A stretch of 64,000 bases of DNA from an uncultured Gammaproteobacteria bacterium (GCA_964596525.1 CAZQUL010000001.1:268830-332829), one strand, 5' to 3'; counted from the first letter of the stretch, positions 40,267 through 50,320 are shown. A program made the numbers and translations. The notes: generated by a model not told the origin, from the letters alone.

Positions 40267-40821
40267 ATGGTTCGAAGAGTGTGTGCTGGCCTGGCCCTAG
40301 TGGTAGTGGCCGGGTGTGCCGGAGGTATGAAACAGGACGTGGTGTTTTGGAATAACTATACGCCAAGTCCCGAGGCGCAAGAGTATGGCCGTAGGGTGAC
40401 TATTTCGCGCGCGCTCGACGATATGAGGGATGCCACGAGCTTTGATTGCCGTTTGTTCCAGGACATCTGGGAGAAGTGGTTTGTCCGTCTGGTGGCGAGT
40501 CCCGCGCACCCGCATGACACTTTTGTTAAGGTAGGGTGTGAAGCGTACGGAGGGTCGGAAGAAGAAGCACCCCTCCGTCAGCCAGACAGCTTGGCGCCGG
40601 AAGAGGCCTATGAAATCATTGACACGGCATATCCCAGCTCGCGTTATGCGAAAAATTGCGGCGGTCGGCGCATTTTGCTCACCGTTAACGACGGTCCGAC
40701 GCGATTATACGCTCTTGAGCTGCCGCAGGCGCGTTCGCTGCATCAAGTATGGATTCCCGCCAACAAGCCCTGGGTACGCGTCACTCTCTCCTGTAGCCGC
40801 CCGGTTAAAGAGGTGGAATAA
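40267..40821 (+). CDS. Hypothetical lipoprotein
   Basis: Lipobox VAGC; TAAGGAGG SD. Confidence 0.7.
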   Translation: MVRRVCAGLALVVVAGCAGGMKQDVVFWNNYTPSPEAQEYGRRVTISRALDDMRDATSFDCRLFQDIWEKWFVRLVASPAHPHDTFVKVGCEAYGGSEEEAPLRQPDSLAPEEAYEIIDTAYPSSRYAKNCGGRRILLTVNDGPTRLYALELPQARSLHQVWIPANKPWVRVTLSCSRPVKEVE

Positions 40822-40936
40822 GAAGAGGTTCATTGGTTTGCAAAAGGAGGAAGAGGAGCCTAACCGCTCCTTTTTCGTTTTGAAAGGCCGTGATAAGGTA
40901 TCAGTGTTTTCACCTTCGTCTTCTGTTTTATCTCGT

Positions 40937-42325
40937 ATGTCCCCTACTTCACTCGTGCGCTGGCCGCTCTTGTTGTGGCTCCGCCATCAGGCGCGTAGTT
41001 CGCTCAAACATCATCGTCCCCTTATCATCGGCGTCGCGGGTGCAGTCGGCAAATCATCGACAGTGCAGGCTATTTTTGCGGCGCTCCAAGGCAGCCGGCG
41101 CGTGCGGTTTACGCCTGGCAATTCCGAAACCGGCGTGCCGCTCGGGATTTTGAATATCAAACAGCCAGGGTATACGGTGGGCGGCTGGATAAGCGTTTTT
41201 TTTAAAAGTTTATTTCCGTCACCGGAACTCAAAGATTTGGAAGTGCTTATCGTGGAGATGGGTACTGATGAACTGACTGCGCCCAAAAACATGGAGTATT
41301 TGCTCACGATCGTTAAACCTGACGTGAGTGTGTGGCTCAATGTCTACGCCACCCATCTTTCACAATTCGGTAAAGGATTGACGCGTGAAGAGCAGAACCT
41401 TCCCGAAGAAGAAAAGGCGGCGCTAATCGTCAAAAAAATCGCAGCGGAAGACGGGAAAATTATTACCGAAAGCGGGTGCCGTATCGGCATCGTGTGTGCG
41501 GATAATGCGCCGCTTGTTGCAGAGCTTGAGCGACATGAAGAAGAGCTTAAAGAAAAGCTTATTGTGCGTTTTGGTACCGCGATCGCGAATGATGTTGTGT
41601 ATGAGCGTCATGCCATTAGTTTGTCCGGTACGTCATTTGTTTATCGTATCGATAATCAAGAAATCATCATAACGCTGCCGGGATTCGTCGTGCCTGTAGA
41701 GTATCGCGAAGTCTTTGCAGCGGCGCTCGTAGCCGCACGCGCGGCGGGCGTGCCGATCGCGACGGCGGCCAAAAACATCATGAATAATTTCGTCTTGCCG
41801 CCGGGACGCTCGTCGCTTCTTTTTGGTATCAACGGCTCTACGATCATTGATTCAAGCTATAATGCTTCGCCCGAAGCGATGGTGAGTTTTTTGACTTTGT
41901 TCAAAACGTTAGCCGAAGCAATGCAGCCGCCACGGGTGATACTTCTGGGCGATATGCGCGAACTCGGTGAGCATGCGGCGCGCGAACATGCTTCTTTGGC
42001 TGATCGGCTCCCTGGTGCGTTTGATTATGTGTACTGCGTGGGCGAGTTGAGTAAACGCTACGTGGTGGAGCATCTGGCGGCTGCGGGTAAAAGCACAATG
42101 TTTAAAGACATCCGCTGGTTTGAAGATGCGCGAGAGCTTGGCGCTTTTTTGAAGGTGCATTTACCTGAGCATGCGCTCGTTCTCGTAAAAGGATCACAGA
42201 ATACTATTTTTCTCGAAGAGGCGGTGGCAGCTATTCTGCGCGATCCGCTTGACCGCGCCAAGCTCTGCCGACAGGAAACGTATTGGAAAAAAATGAAAGA
42301 GGAGTTTTTTCGTAAAATCAGTTAA
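40937..42325 (+). CDS. murF: Mur ligase, MurF-like
   Basis: GVAGAVGKSS, VEMG, IIDSSYNASP, LGDMRELG, LVKGSQ. Confidence 0.85.
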   Translation: MSPTSLVRWPLLLWLRHQARSSLKHHRPLIIGVAGAVGKSSTVQAIFAALQGSRRVRFTPGNSETGVPLGILNIKQPGYTVGGWISVFFKSLFPSPELKDLEVLIVEMGTDELTAPKNMEYLLTIVKPDVSVWLNVYATHLSQFGKGLTREEQNLPEEEKAALIVKKIAAEDGKIITESGCRIGIVCADNAPLVAELERHEEELKEKLIVRFGTAIANDVVYERHAISLSGTSFVYRIDNQEIIITLPGFVVPVEYREVFAAALVAARAAGVPIATAAKNIMNNFVLPPGRSSLLFGINGSTIIDSSYNASPEAMVSFLTLFKTLAEAMQPPRVILLGDMRELGEHAAREHASLADRLPGAFDYVYCVGELSKRYVVEHLAAAGKSTMFKDIRWFEDARELGAFLKVHLPEHALVLVKGSQNTIFLEEAVAAILRDPLDRAKLCRQETYWKKMKEEFFRKIS

Positions 42326-42396
42326 GAACTTGATAATTGACCGTGCCTACAAAGCGTGTTACAAAAATTTTGGCTCTGTAAGCCTAAGGAGTGACC

Positions 42397-43017
42397 ATGA
42401 AAACAGGTCTTTTGTGCACGAGTGTTTTGGTAGTGGTTGTGGCGTGCAGCGAATCTGGCACGAGTGCCGACATGGCGACGTGCCCAGCGTCTCCTCCGGT
42501 GTCGATTGATGCTGGTGCGGCTCCTTCTCCCAAGGACATGGTATACGTTGACTGTACAGCCGACTGGGGGGTTGGAGGCTACAGCCTTCTTAATGTACCG
42601 AAAGATTTGAAGTCCGGTTTTCACCCCGACGCGGCGCGTTGTGCCGATTGGTTTTGTTTGCCGGAGGATGGTGAATGGAAGGAGCGCCCGTTGTGCAAGA
42701 TCATCCATGGCGCAAAAGGCCGGCAGTATGTGGCTGTGATGGCTGGTGAGGGCCGGGCTGCGCCACCTCTCAAAAAGTTTCGGATGTGGCTCGACAACGG
42801 AAACGCGGTTGACCTGACAGGACAGTGGAATCTCTGGTACACGTTTACGCGCGATGTCCCTGCTGACCCGGACACGCCGCAGCCGGTTTTTGTGAGTACG
42901 GAATCCGGAGTCCCTACCTACTTCCGCTGGAAGCGCCTGCATGTCGACTTTGCGACGCGTCAGATTGTTGTGGGGGACTGTCCGGGCGTCCCCGGGGAAT
43001 GCCAGCTTTGGGATTAG
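42397..43017 (+). CDS. Hypothetical Cys-rich lipoprotein
   Basis: Lipobox VVAC; TAAGGAG SD. Confidence 0.7.
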   Translation: MKTGLLCTSVLVVVVACSESGTSADMATCPASPPVSIDAGAAPSPKDMVYVDCTADWGVGGYSLLNVPKDLKSGFHPDAARCADWFCLPEDGEWKERPLCKIIHGAKGRQYVAVMAGEGRAAPPLKKFRMWLDNGNAVDLTGQWNLWYTFTRDVPADPDTPQPVFVSTESGVPTYFRWKRLHVDFATRQIVVGDCPGVPGECQLWD

Positions 43018-43192
43018 CGATTTGTTGATGTCGGCAACGGTCACCCCCACTCCACCAAGAAGCGTTCAAGGCGCTTCTTTGTTTTTATCGGTATCTTGAC
43101 AAAATTGCTAAAATAAACTAATTTATTCGCGTCGTCTAGTTGTGTAGGACGATGGTATTTTGAGGGCCCATGGGGCTACAAAGGAGGCGCGA

Positions 43193-44119
43193 ATGATGAT
43201 TACTCGGATGATGTTGGCTGCTTTCGTTGTTTTTTACCTGTTTCTTTCGGGCTGCGGAGTAAGCACCATCTGTCACGAAGGCAAGGCAACCGAAGGGTTT
43301 GGCCGCAAGTATGAAGACCGGCTAACCCAGGGCATCAGCCAGTGCGCCACGACTGGCGGTTGGGTAGCCTACGACACGTGCTGCCCTGATGGCGAGAAGG
43401 ACGCGCAGATTGCGTGCCTGGAGCAGAAGCGGCAAGAGGGAAATGAGTATGTCCTGCGCATCGAGCTGGGGCAGACCATCCTGCCATTCTGCGAGTTCAT
43501 GGGAACCGCGGCCGGGAAGGCCTATGTCAAGACCATCGACGTCATCACCGGCATCAAGACCGACACGCCCATCGTCATCCCGACGCCAAACGACCGCGAC
43601 ATGGACAGTGTCGTCGATGCCGACGACCTGTGCCCGGACGAGGCGCAGGGCGCGATGCCCGACCCCAACAGGAAGGGCTGCCCGACTCCGACCACCCCCG
43701 CCGTCCGCTGCAGCGCCCTCGTCCGCGACATGGCAGATCCCACCACGGTCTGTGTCCAGGACCCCTCCACCTCCAGCACGATCCGCACCTACACCTGGGA
43801 CCAGGGAATCTTTGACCAGCCCGAGACGGGCATCATGGTGAAGAAGGGCACTGGCCGTGTCTTCAGCGGCATCCTCGTTCTCGACAACGGCGGTTCGTTC
43901 TGGACAGGCACCTTTGAGCTCTGTACCGTCCATAACGTCTGCACCGCCATCACCGGCAAGGACAAGACCGGCTACGCCGTGGGCCGACCGGGTGACTACT
44001 ACACCTCCGTCAAGGTCGGCTCGAGCGCCCAGGTCCGCTTGGTCTACATCCAGCCTAACGGCACCCGCCAGAGCGACCCCTGCGCCTTGATGAATGGGGT
44101 CTGCACTCCGCCGCAGTAG
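43193..44119 (+). CDS. Cys-rich lipoprotein with TSP type-3 repeat (third paralog)
   Basis: Lipobox LSGC; DRDMDSVVDADDLCPDEAQG; AAGGAGG SD; promoter at 43096-43124. Confidence 0.8.
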   Translation: MMITRMMLAAFVVFYLFLSGCGVSTICHEGKATEGFGRKYEDRLTQGISQCATTGGWVAYDTCCPDGEKDAQIACLEQKRQEGNEYVLRIELGQTILPFCEFMGTAAGKAYVKTIDVITGIKTDTPIVIPTPNDRDMDSVVDADDLCPDEAQGAMPDPNRKGCPTPTTPAVRCSALVRDMADPTTVCVQDPSTSSTIRTYTWDQGIFDQPETGIMVKKGTGRVFSGILVLDNGGSFWTGTFELCTVHNVCTAITGKDKTGYAVGRPGDYYTSVKVGSSAQVRLVYIQPNGTRQSDPCALMNGVCTPPQ

Positions 44120-44376
44120 TAGGGTGCGCTTGCTCGGGACCATTGTGTTTATGACCCGCAATCCTTTGGGAAGCGGGTTTTATGATACAGAATTTCGTGG
44201 GCGTGCCGGCTCTGGGATTAGCTGAGATAGAATAAAAATAGGTTTTTTACGGCGTCGTAGCGCCCTTTGCCAACGAAGCGCCTTCGCGCGCTTCTTTGTT
44301 GTACACACAGTCCTTGACAAAAACTGCTTTTTTAGCTAAGTTAAGCTGCCCTCAGACGCGAGGGAAGGAGGAACCT

Positions 44377-44841
44377 ATGAAGAACCGAATGGTGATGATT
44401 GGTCTCTTTGCTCTGGGAATCGGCTGCCGCACGCCAGTTGCAACTTCGTCGGCAGTGATTAGTGCGCAGCCGCCGACTGCGAGCGCGCCAGCGTGCCCGA
44501 AGACGGAAGAGAACCCTGATGCGCAGCGGTGGCAGCTCGACTTCGCCCGCTTTGTCTGCGACAAGGACCGCTGCTGGAAGGATGCCCTTCACGACGATAT
44601 GTGGTATACCGTCTGTTCGCTCGACGAGGCGCGCGAGCTGATCCGGAGCGCCAAGCTCTGCGACCAGGCGCCGGATCGCCACATCTTCGTCGTCCTCGGT
44701 AACTACACCACGGTCGAGGAGGTGATCGCCGGCGTCTATCAGGTGCAGTCGAATCCGGTCCTGGCTCAGGCGGAGCCGCCCTATAACCGTGTGAAGCTCG
44801 TCTGCGGCACCCCACCCCCATTCTCGGCGATCACGCGCTAG
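44377..44841 (+). CDS. Small Cys-rich lipoprotein
   Basis: Lipobox-like GIGC; AAGGAGG SD; promoter at 44314-44342; paralog of 45096. Confidence 0.7.
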   Translation: MKNRMVMIGLFALGIGCRTPVATSSAVISAQPPTASAPACPKTEENPDAQRWQLDFARFVCDKDRCWKDALHDDMWYTVCSLDEARELIRSAKLCDQAPDRHIFVVLGNYTTVEEVIAGVYQVQSNPVLAQAEPPYNRVKLVCGTPPPFSAITR

Positions 44842-45095
44842 CCTGATTCTTTCCCTTTTCCGCCCCTGAAAGTTTATATGAAGCGCCACAAGCGCTTCTT
44901 TCAATTATTCCGTAGTTTCTTTATGTTCTCAAGATAATCTTGACAACTGATGAAAGTTTTGCTATAGTATATCGTTATCGTCGTTAGTTAAAATCTTATC
45001 TTTTGGCTAAGGTAAGCAGATGTAAGCTCTTAGTGAGATCTTGCATTTGGATGCCTTGAACCACGCACAAAGGCCGTATGGCCGGAGGAGACACT

Positions 45096-45503
45096 ATGAA
45101 GATCGGACAGGTTTTCTGCCTTGCGCTCGTTTTGGGGAGTGGCTGCGCGACGACCAGCCAGCGCCCGCTGACCGCCAAGCCCGCGACGCGGTGCGCGGTG
45201 ACGCCGGACAACCCTAAGGGTGAGGTGAAGAAGCGGTACTACACTGAGTACCTCTGCTCCCGGCCCGGCACCTTCAGCGCGGCGTGCGAGCTAGTAGGAA
45301 CAACGCGGACTCAGGTATGCACGGAGACTGCCTCCGACAACCTGATGTTCGACCAGCTCTGTCGCTCGGGTGCCGGCCTGGCCGCCAACACCGTAGTGGT
45401 CACCGGCTACCGTACCACCTTCGAGCAGATGCTCGAATCGGATTTCGCCGACGTGAAGTTCGTCTGCGGCGAGACTCTGTTCCGCGAGATCATTTCCCGC
45501 TAA
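45096..45503 (+). CDS. Small Cys-rich lipoprotein
   Basis: Lipobox-like GSGC; GGAGG SD; TTGACA-17-TATAGT promoter at 44940-44968. Confidence 0.7.
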   Translation: MKIGQVFCLALVLGSGCATTSQRPLTAKPATRCAVTPDNPKGEVKKRYYTEYLCSRPGTFSAACELVGTTRTQVCTETASDNLMFDQLCRSGAGLAANTVVVTGYRTTFEQMLESDFADVKFVCGETLFREIISR

Positions 45504-45540
45504 GCCCAATCTTCCACCCCGACCGAGATGACGGGTCAAC

Positions 45541-46749
45541 TCATCTCCGAAGCGCCGCCAGCGCTTCTTTCGTTTCATCCCATGGTTCTTCGTGCGTGCC
45601 ATCGTAATTCATGGATTTTTCATGGCTCTTGCCGGTGAGAAGTACGGTGTCGCCGGGCACAGCGCTCGCGATAGCTTGCTGAATGGCAGAGCGACGATCG
45701 GGAACCGAACCGATGATTTTTTTATCGGACGCGTTGAGTAACGCGTCTTTTCTAAACTCGAAATCCGTAATCGGCGCGCGGATGGCCGCGTTGATGTCTT
45801 CTACGTTTTCGCCGCGTGGGTCTTCGGCGGTGAGGACGATGATATCGTCGTAGCGTGCTGCGACCGCCCCCATGAGCGGACGTTTACCGCTGTCGCGTAG
45901 TCCTGGGCAGCCGAAAACATGAATGAGACGGCCGGGAGTCATAGCGCGTACCGCGGGCAAGATCTGCTCGAAGGCGTTCGGCGTGTGCGCAAAATCAATG
46001 ATAACCTTAAATTCTTTATTATAGACAATTTTTTGGCGTCCTTCCGGAGCCTCGAAACTCGTTAGAGCATCACGAATTAGTTCTTCGTCAACTCCGATTT
46101 CACGCGCGAGTGCAATGGCGGCAAGCGCGTTGTAACGATTGAATTCGCCGATAAGGTTGGTGGAGAAAGGAAATGTTGCTGGTGTCAGATCAGCAGCTTG
46201 TTTGATGGCGTAGGTGCGCAGGCGGCTGGTGGGGACGAGTTTTGTTACGAGTTCGAACGAACCATCATCACGGTTCGCGAAGGCAACCTTGGCGCGCCGC
46301 AAAAGCCGCGCTTTGGTACGGACATAATTTTCATACGTTTTGTGATAGTCGAGATGTTCGTGCGTCACGTTGGTGAGTGCGGCGGCGCGAAAGGGAATGC
46401 CAACGACACGGTGTTGATCGAGACTGTGCGATGAGACTTCTAGAGCAACATGGGTTACACCGGTATCTGCGGCCTGACGCAGGTATTTTTGGAGTGTCCA
46501 GGCGTTCGGTGTCGTTACATGAAACGCATTGTCGTATTTTGTGCCGGCGATATCGGCGCCAACAGTGGTGATCATGGCGGCGCGTAGGCCAGCGCGGTTT
46601 AAGATATAGTAGAGCAAGCTGGTGGTCGTAGTTTTTCCGTCAGTGCCTGTGATCCCTAGCACAGTGAGGCGGCGTGCAGGAAAGCGATAATATATGACCG
46701 CGGCCCAGCCAGAAAGAAGATGAACGGTATTTTTAAGAAAGCGCAGCAT
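45541..46749 (-). CDS. murE: UDP-MurNAc-dipeptide amino-acid ligase
   Basis: GITGTDGKTTT, LEVSSH, TNVTHEHLDYH, DFAHTP, EDPR, GKSHE. Confidence 0.9.
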   Translation of the reverse strand: MLRFLKNTVHLLSGWAAVIYYRFPARRLTVLGITGTDGKTTTTSLLYYILNRAGLRAAMITTVGADIAGTKYDNAFHVTTPNAWTLQKYLRQAADTGVTHVALEVSSHSLDQHRVVGIPFRAAALTNVTHEHLDYHKTYENYVRTKARLLRRAKVAFANRDDGSFELVTKLVPTSRLRTYAIKQAADLTPATFPFSTNLIGEFNRYNALAAIALAREIGVDEELIRDALTSFEAPEGRQKIVYNKEFKVIIDFAHTPNAFEQILPAVRAMTPGRLIHVFGCPGLRDSGKRPLMGAVAARYDDIIVLTAEDPRGENVEDINAAIRAPITDFEFRKDALLNASDKKIIGSVPDRRSAIQQAIASAVPGDTVLLTGKSHEKSMNYDGTHEEPWDETKEALAALRR

Positions 46750-46861
46750 AGGAAAAGATAAGAAAACTGATTGATAGAGTACTCAGTAGGCGGAAAACAG
46801 TAAAGGAGGAGAATTAAAACAGCCCGACCGAAGCCGGGGTGTTGTGGTTGTAGGACATGCG

Positions 46862-47704
46862 TTACACGGTACGGGCGGTATCGCCGACGCGGATAATGCC
46901 GGCACCGGTGTACGAGAAGTACCGTCCGAAAAACACACCGCCCTCCCCGCTTCGATAGGTGGCGAGCGTGCGTAGCGGTTCGTGGTCTTCAGTGCCGGTG
47001 CGCTGGTCGATGGCCGTGAGCGAGCAGCGTATGCAGCGTGGGCCGCCGTTAAATTGGATGCTACCAATCCGGAATGAACCGATGCGATCTTCGGCGTACG
47101 GTTCGCAGCCGTCCAAAACGATGTTGGGGCGAAACCGGTTCATCGGTATTTTTCCGTGTATGCTCCGCCGGTTAAGATCTTCGAGCGAGGCACGCGAAAT
47201 AACGAGGAGCGGATAGTTATCGACGAAGAATATTTGCGCCATGTTGTCGAGCGTGAGCCGTTCCCCTTCGTCGCCGCCGTTCATGCGCACCAAGCGGTAT
47301 GATCCAGGTCGTTCGCGGGAAATGAATCTGGTGAGCCATTCGCTAGCCTCTTCGCCCTGATCAACCGCCTGACAGGACGTATCGCCGATTTTTACTGTGA
47401 GTAATTCTCCGGCAGCGCGGCCTTCGAGCGGCAAAGCGATCGTCTCCATATCCGGTGCGCAGAGCGCAAGGTTTCGAGCGGTCGCATTGACTATAATCTC
47501 GGTTCTAATGAGGCATACGGATGTTACTCCGATGCCGTGTCCATTTTTTTTCCGTTGCACCACGCTCGTGCCGCTTTTATCCACGATCATCCATTGGTGG
47601 TCGTAGCGGATACCCATGGTTTCAATTTCAACGAACGGCATGGCAATACCCCGACATGATTTGACGGGGTAACAAAACAGTTCCTCAACCGTGATTGTTT
47701 CCAT
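46862..47704 (-). CDS. MOSC-domain protein (YcbX/mARC-like)
   Basis: YPVKSCRG, RFRPNIV, CIRC. Confidence 0.88.
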   Translation of the reverse strand: METITVEELFCYPVKSCRGIAMPFVEIETMGIRYDHQWMIVDKSGTSVVQRKKNGHGIGVTSVCLIRTEIIVNATARNLALCAPDMETIALPLEGRAAGELLTVKIGDTSCQAVDQGEEASEWLTRFISRERPGSYRLVRMNGGDEGERLTLDNMAQIFFVDNYPLLVISRASLEDLNRRSIHGKIPMNRFRPNIVLDGCEPYAEDRIGSFRIGSIQFNGGPRCIRCSLTAIDQRTGTEDHEPLRTLATYRSGEGGVFFGRYFSYTGAGIIRVGDTARTV

Positions 47705-47801
47705 AGCACCCCTCACACCCGTTTGCGCTTATATTCGCAGAGAAGAAACGGGTTGTCAACCGGCTTTTAAACAAAAAACCGCCAGAGGCGGGGGGCGGAG
47801 G

Positions 47802-48575
47802 CTAGCCGCGTGGGAGGGCGAAGGCTCTTTCAACGTAAAGCTTCATGTAGTCTTCGTTCGGGGTGCCGTCGTTATTGTGAATTTTTCCTTGCGCGTCGAA
47901 GCTTAACTCCGGATACGTCTTCAGGAGCGGCGCGACTAGATTGAGGGAATCAGGACCGAGTCCACCCGCGAGACCGACGCCGAGCGTCGAGCCGCTCGAA
48001 CGGATGCTCGTGATAAAATCCCGGGCTCGCTCGGTATCGAACGGTCGACCGCGGCCCCCGCTCGGATCGAGCAAAATGCCGTCGATGAACGGTTCATACG
48101 TCTTGAGGCGGGTTGCCACCGCTGATGGCGTGCCGCCGGCCTCGCTCACCGCTTCATCGGGTATCTGCAAGATAATGACGCGTGCGCGTGCGTCGTTGAG
48201 ATGCAGCCAGTCGCGGTATCTGGCCAGGATTTTGATATCTGGCCAACAGTCGTTGATCTGAAAGCCGTGGCACGCATCTCCGGCGTGGCTGGTTAGCGAG
48301 ATAAGGTCCTGGAGCGTTTCCGTGCTCTCAATGTCGTGGCTTACGCTGTAATGGACGAGATTGAGCAGCCGCGGGTCGGCTACGAAGACATTGGCGAGCT
48401 CGTTAAGCGGTGGGGTCTGGTTTTGCCAGTAAGACCGCATCGCAATTCCGCGCACCGACTTAGCGGTTGCGAGCGCGCCGATCATGAGGCGGCACGGCGG
48501 CGTTGCGGGTAAAAGATCGAGGAGCATCTGGCTGTGTGCGGCTTTGATGATTCCGGTGACACCGATGTAGGTCAT
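47802..48575 (-). CDS. TrpF/PRAI-like TIM-barrel protein of unknown function
   Basis: LLDPSGGRG, LAGGLGPD, SFDAQG phosphate-binding motifs; divergent N-terminus. Confidence 0.6.
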   Translation of the reverse strand: MTYIGVTGIIKAAHSQMLLDLLPATPPCRLMIGALATAKSVRGIAMRSYWQNQTPPLNELANVFVADPRLLNLVHYSVSHDIESTETLQDLISLTSHAGDACHGFQINDCWPDIKILARYRDWLHLNDARARVIILQIPDEAVSEAGGTPSAVATRLKTYEPFIDGILLDPSGGRGRPFDTERARDFITSIRSSGSTLGVGLAGGLGPDSLNLVAPLLKTYPELSFDAQGKIHNNDGTPNEDYMKLYVERAFALPRG

Positions 48576-48694
48576 GTTCGTTCTCCGCTCATTGGGTACT
48601 TTGTCACACTAGCAGGGCAGAAGAATTTGGGCAAGATTGTGGGTAGTAAAAACGTCTGGTTGTCCAGACGTTGTGTGTTTGTTGCTGCTTCTAT

Positions 48695-49249
48695 TTATTG
48701 TTCCGTGATCTCGATGATAAACGGTTTGCCGCGACTGACCTTTCTCTCATCCAGTTTATCGTCCATACCGCCTCCGACTAGAAAGCCGAGATTTTCTTCG
48801 CAGAAGCCTACATAGTCGAGCGGCACGTCGTGGCGTTCGTGCTTATCGGGTTTTTCCACCAAAACGGCGGTTTTGAGAGTCAGCGGTTTTTTGGTCAAGA
48901 AAAGATCGTGTAACGCGCCGATGGTAACGAGTCGGTCAGCCACATCATCGACAATAATGACGTTTTCGCCGGCAATCGATGTTTGCAGGCAATCATCGAT
49001 CTTGAGTGCGCCGCCGGTCATGTTGTGGCCATAGCTTGAGGTCCGCACGAAATCCAGGCTGCAACTCCTCACCCTACTTAACCGCTCGATGGCTGTGGCC
49101 AGGTATGCGGTCAGAAAATATCCGCCGGTCAAGACCCCCACCAGCACGATGTCGCGTCCGGCGTAGTCCGCGCTGATTTCGCTTGCCATGCGGTTGATAG
49201 CGGTGGTAACCTGTTCCTCGGTATACAGAATGCGGGTTTTTTGGGCCAT
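48695..49249 (-). CDS. hpt: Hypoxanthine phosphoribosyltransferase
   Basis: LVGVLTGG, SSYG, VIIVDDVAD, FLVGGGMD. Confidence 0.85.
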   Translation of the reverse strand: MAQKTRILYTEEQVTTAINRMASEISADYAGRDIVLVGVLTGGYFLTAYLATAIERLSRVRSCSLDFVRTSSYGHNMTGGALKIDDCLQTSIAGENVIIVDDVADRLVTIGALHDLFLTKKPLTLKTAVLVEKPDKHERHDVPLDYVGFCEENLGFLVGGGMDDKLDERKVSRGKPFIIEITEQ

Positions 49250-49343
49250 ACGCGCTCCTTGGGTAATTTCTTAAACGCACAAAGGTTCATCGGGCGAGGC
49301 AACCTCGCGGTACTGCCCTGCATGATGAACCTTTGTAACCGTG

Positions 49344-49414
49344 TGGACCTAGGCAGAATCGAACTGCCGTCTGAGCAATGCGAATGCCCCGTTCTACCAC
49401 TGAACCATAGGCCC
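49344..49414 (-). tRNA. tRNA-Ala(CGC)
   Basis: G3-U70 pair, anticodon CGC, T-loop TTCGATT. Confidence 0.92.
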
Positions 49415-49427
49415 TCTCTACGTTGTG

Positions 49428-49499
49428 TGCCCCCGAAGGGAATCGAACCCCCATCTCGCCCTTAGGACGGGCTTGCTCTATCCGTTGAGCTACAAGGGC
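49428..49499 (-). tRNA. tRNA-Arg(CCT)
   Basis: Cloverleaf with anticodon loop GT-CCT-AA. Confidence 0.92.
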
Positions 49500-49659
49500 T
49501 CGGGATGGATAAAAGCTAGCATATCTTGATTAACTTGGCAATTGCTCCTACACTGAAAGTAGCTTTTTCGCCGGAACATCGCGCGTTTGCAGGAAGCCGT
49601 TCACGTTTTACTTTACAGTTTTAAGAGGTAGAACCTCCTTTTTTTACAGCATGTGGTCT

Positions 49660-50208
49660 ATGAAACATCTTCATCCGATTATTTCTTTTGATATTGAAAC
49701 TAACGGCTTGTTCGGCGCGGCGTTTGCCGCTGCGGGCATTATTATCGATGAAGAAAAAAACGTTGTTGATTCGTTTGTCGCGCGCTGTCCGGTTGCGGGA
49801 ACTCTTGATCCGTGGGTAGCGGAGCATGTGGTGCCTGCGATTGCTTCTCTTGCTGAAACAGCGGCCACCGAACGCGAATTGCGTGACCAGTTCTGGCGCT
49901 GGCTCGAGAACTCCATGAAGCGTTTTGCTGACGTATATGTAACAGTTGATACCGGCTATCCCGTAGAAATGCATTTCTTGGCTGCCTGCCACGGGGATGA
50001 TCCGCGCCGCCATGCGCTAAGTCCGCACCCGCTTCTTGATGTGGCTAGTATGCTCCTGGGAGCCGGACTCGACCCTGAAATTTCGCGCGCGAGTTTTATC
50101 GGCGACGACCTAAGCCGCGTCGCAGGACGCAAACATCATCCGCTCTACGACGCTCATGTCTCAGCACTGACTTTTTGGCATCTGGTAGAGCGCAATTCCT
50201 CGAAATAA
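49660..50208 (+). CDS. DEDDh (DnaQ-like) 3'-5' exonuclease
   Basis: SFDIETNG, LLDV, HHPLYDA. Confidence 0.75.
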   Translation: MKHLHPIISFDIETNGLFGAAFAAAGIIIDEEKNVVDSFVARCPVAGTLDPWVAEHVVPAIASLAETAATERELRDQFWRWLENSMKRFADVYVTVDTGYPVEMHFLAACHGDDPRRHALSPHPLLDVASMLLGAGLDPEISRASFIGDDLSRVAGRKHHPLYDAHVSALTFWHLVERNSSK

Positions 50209-50320
50209 GCATAGAAAAAATGCCTGCTGTGCGTTATACTTATACCACTTCCCTTTGAAATAGCGCAGCGCAATTCGCAGTAGTACAGGAAGAATGCGCC
50301 GAATCCCTCTTTGTAATTTT

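Noticed and set aside
47802-48575. Calling the gene trpF
   Set aside because: Only the C-terminal barrel motifs match; no KICG motif and no trp context
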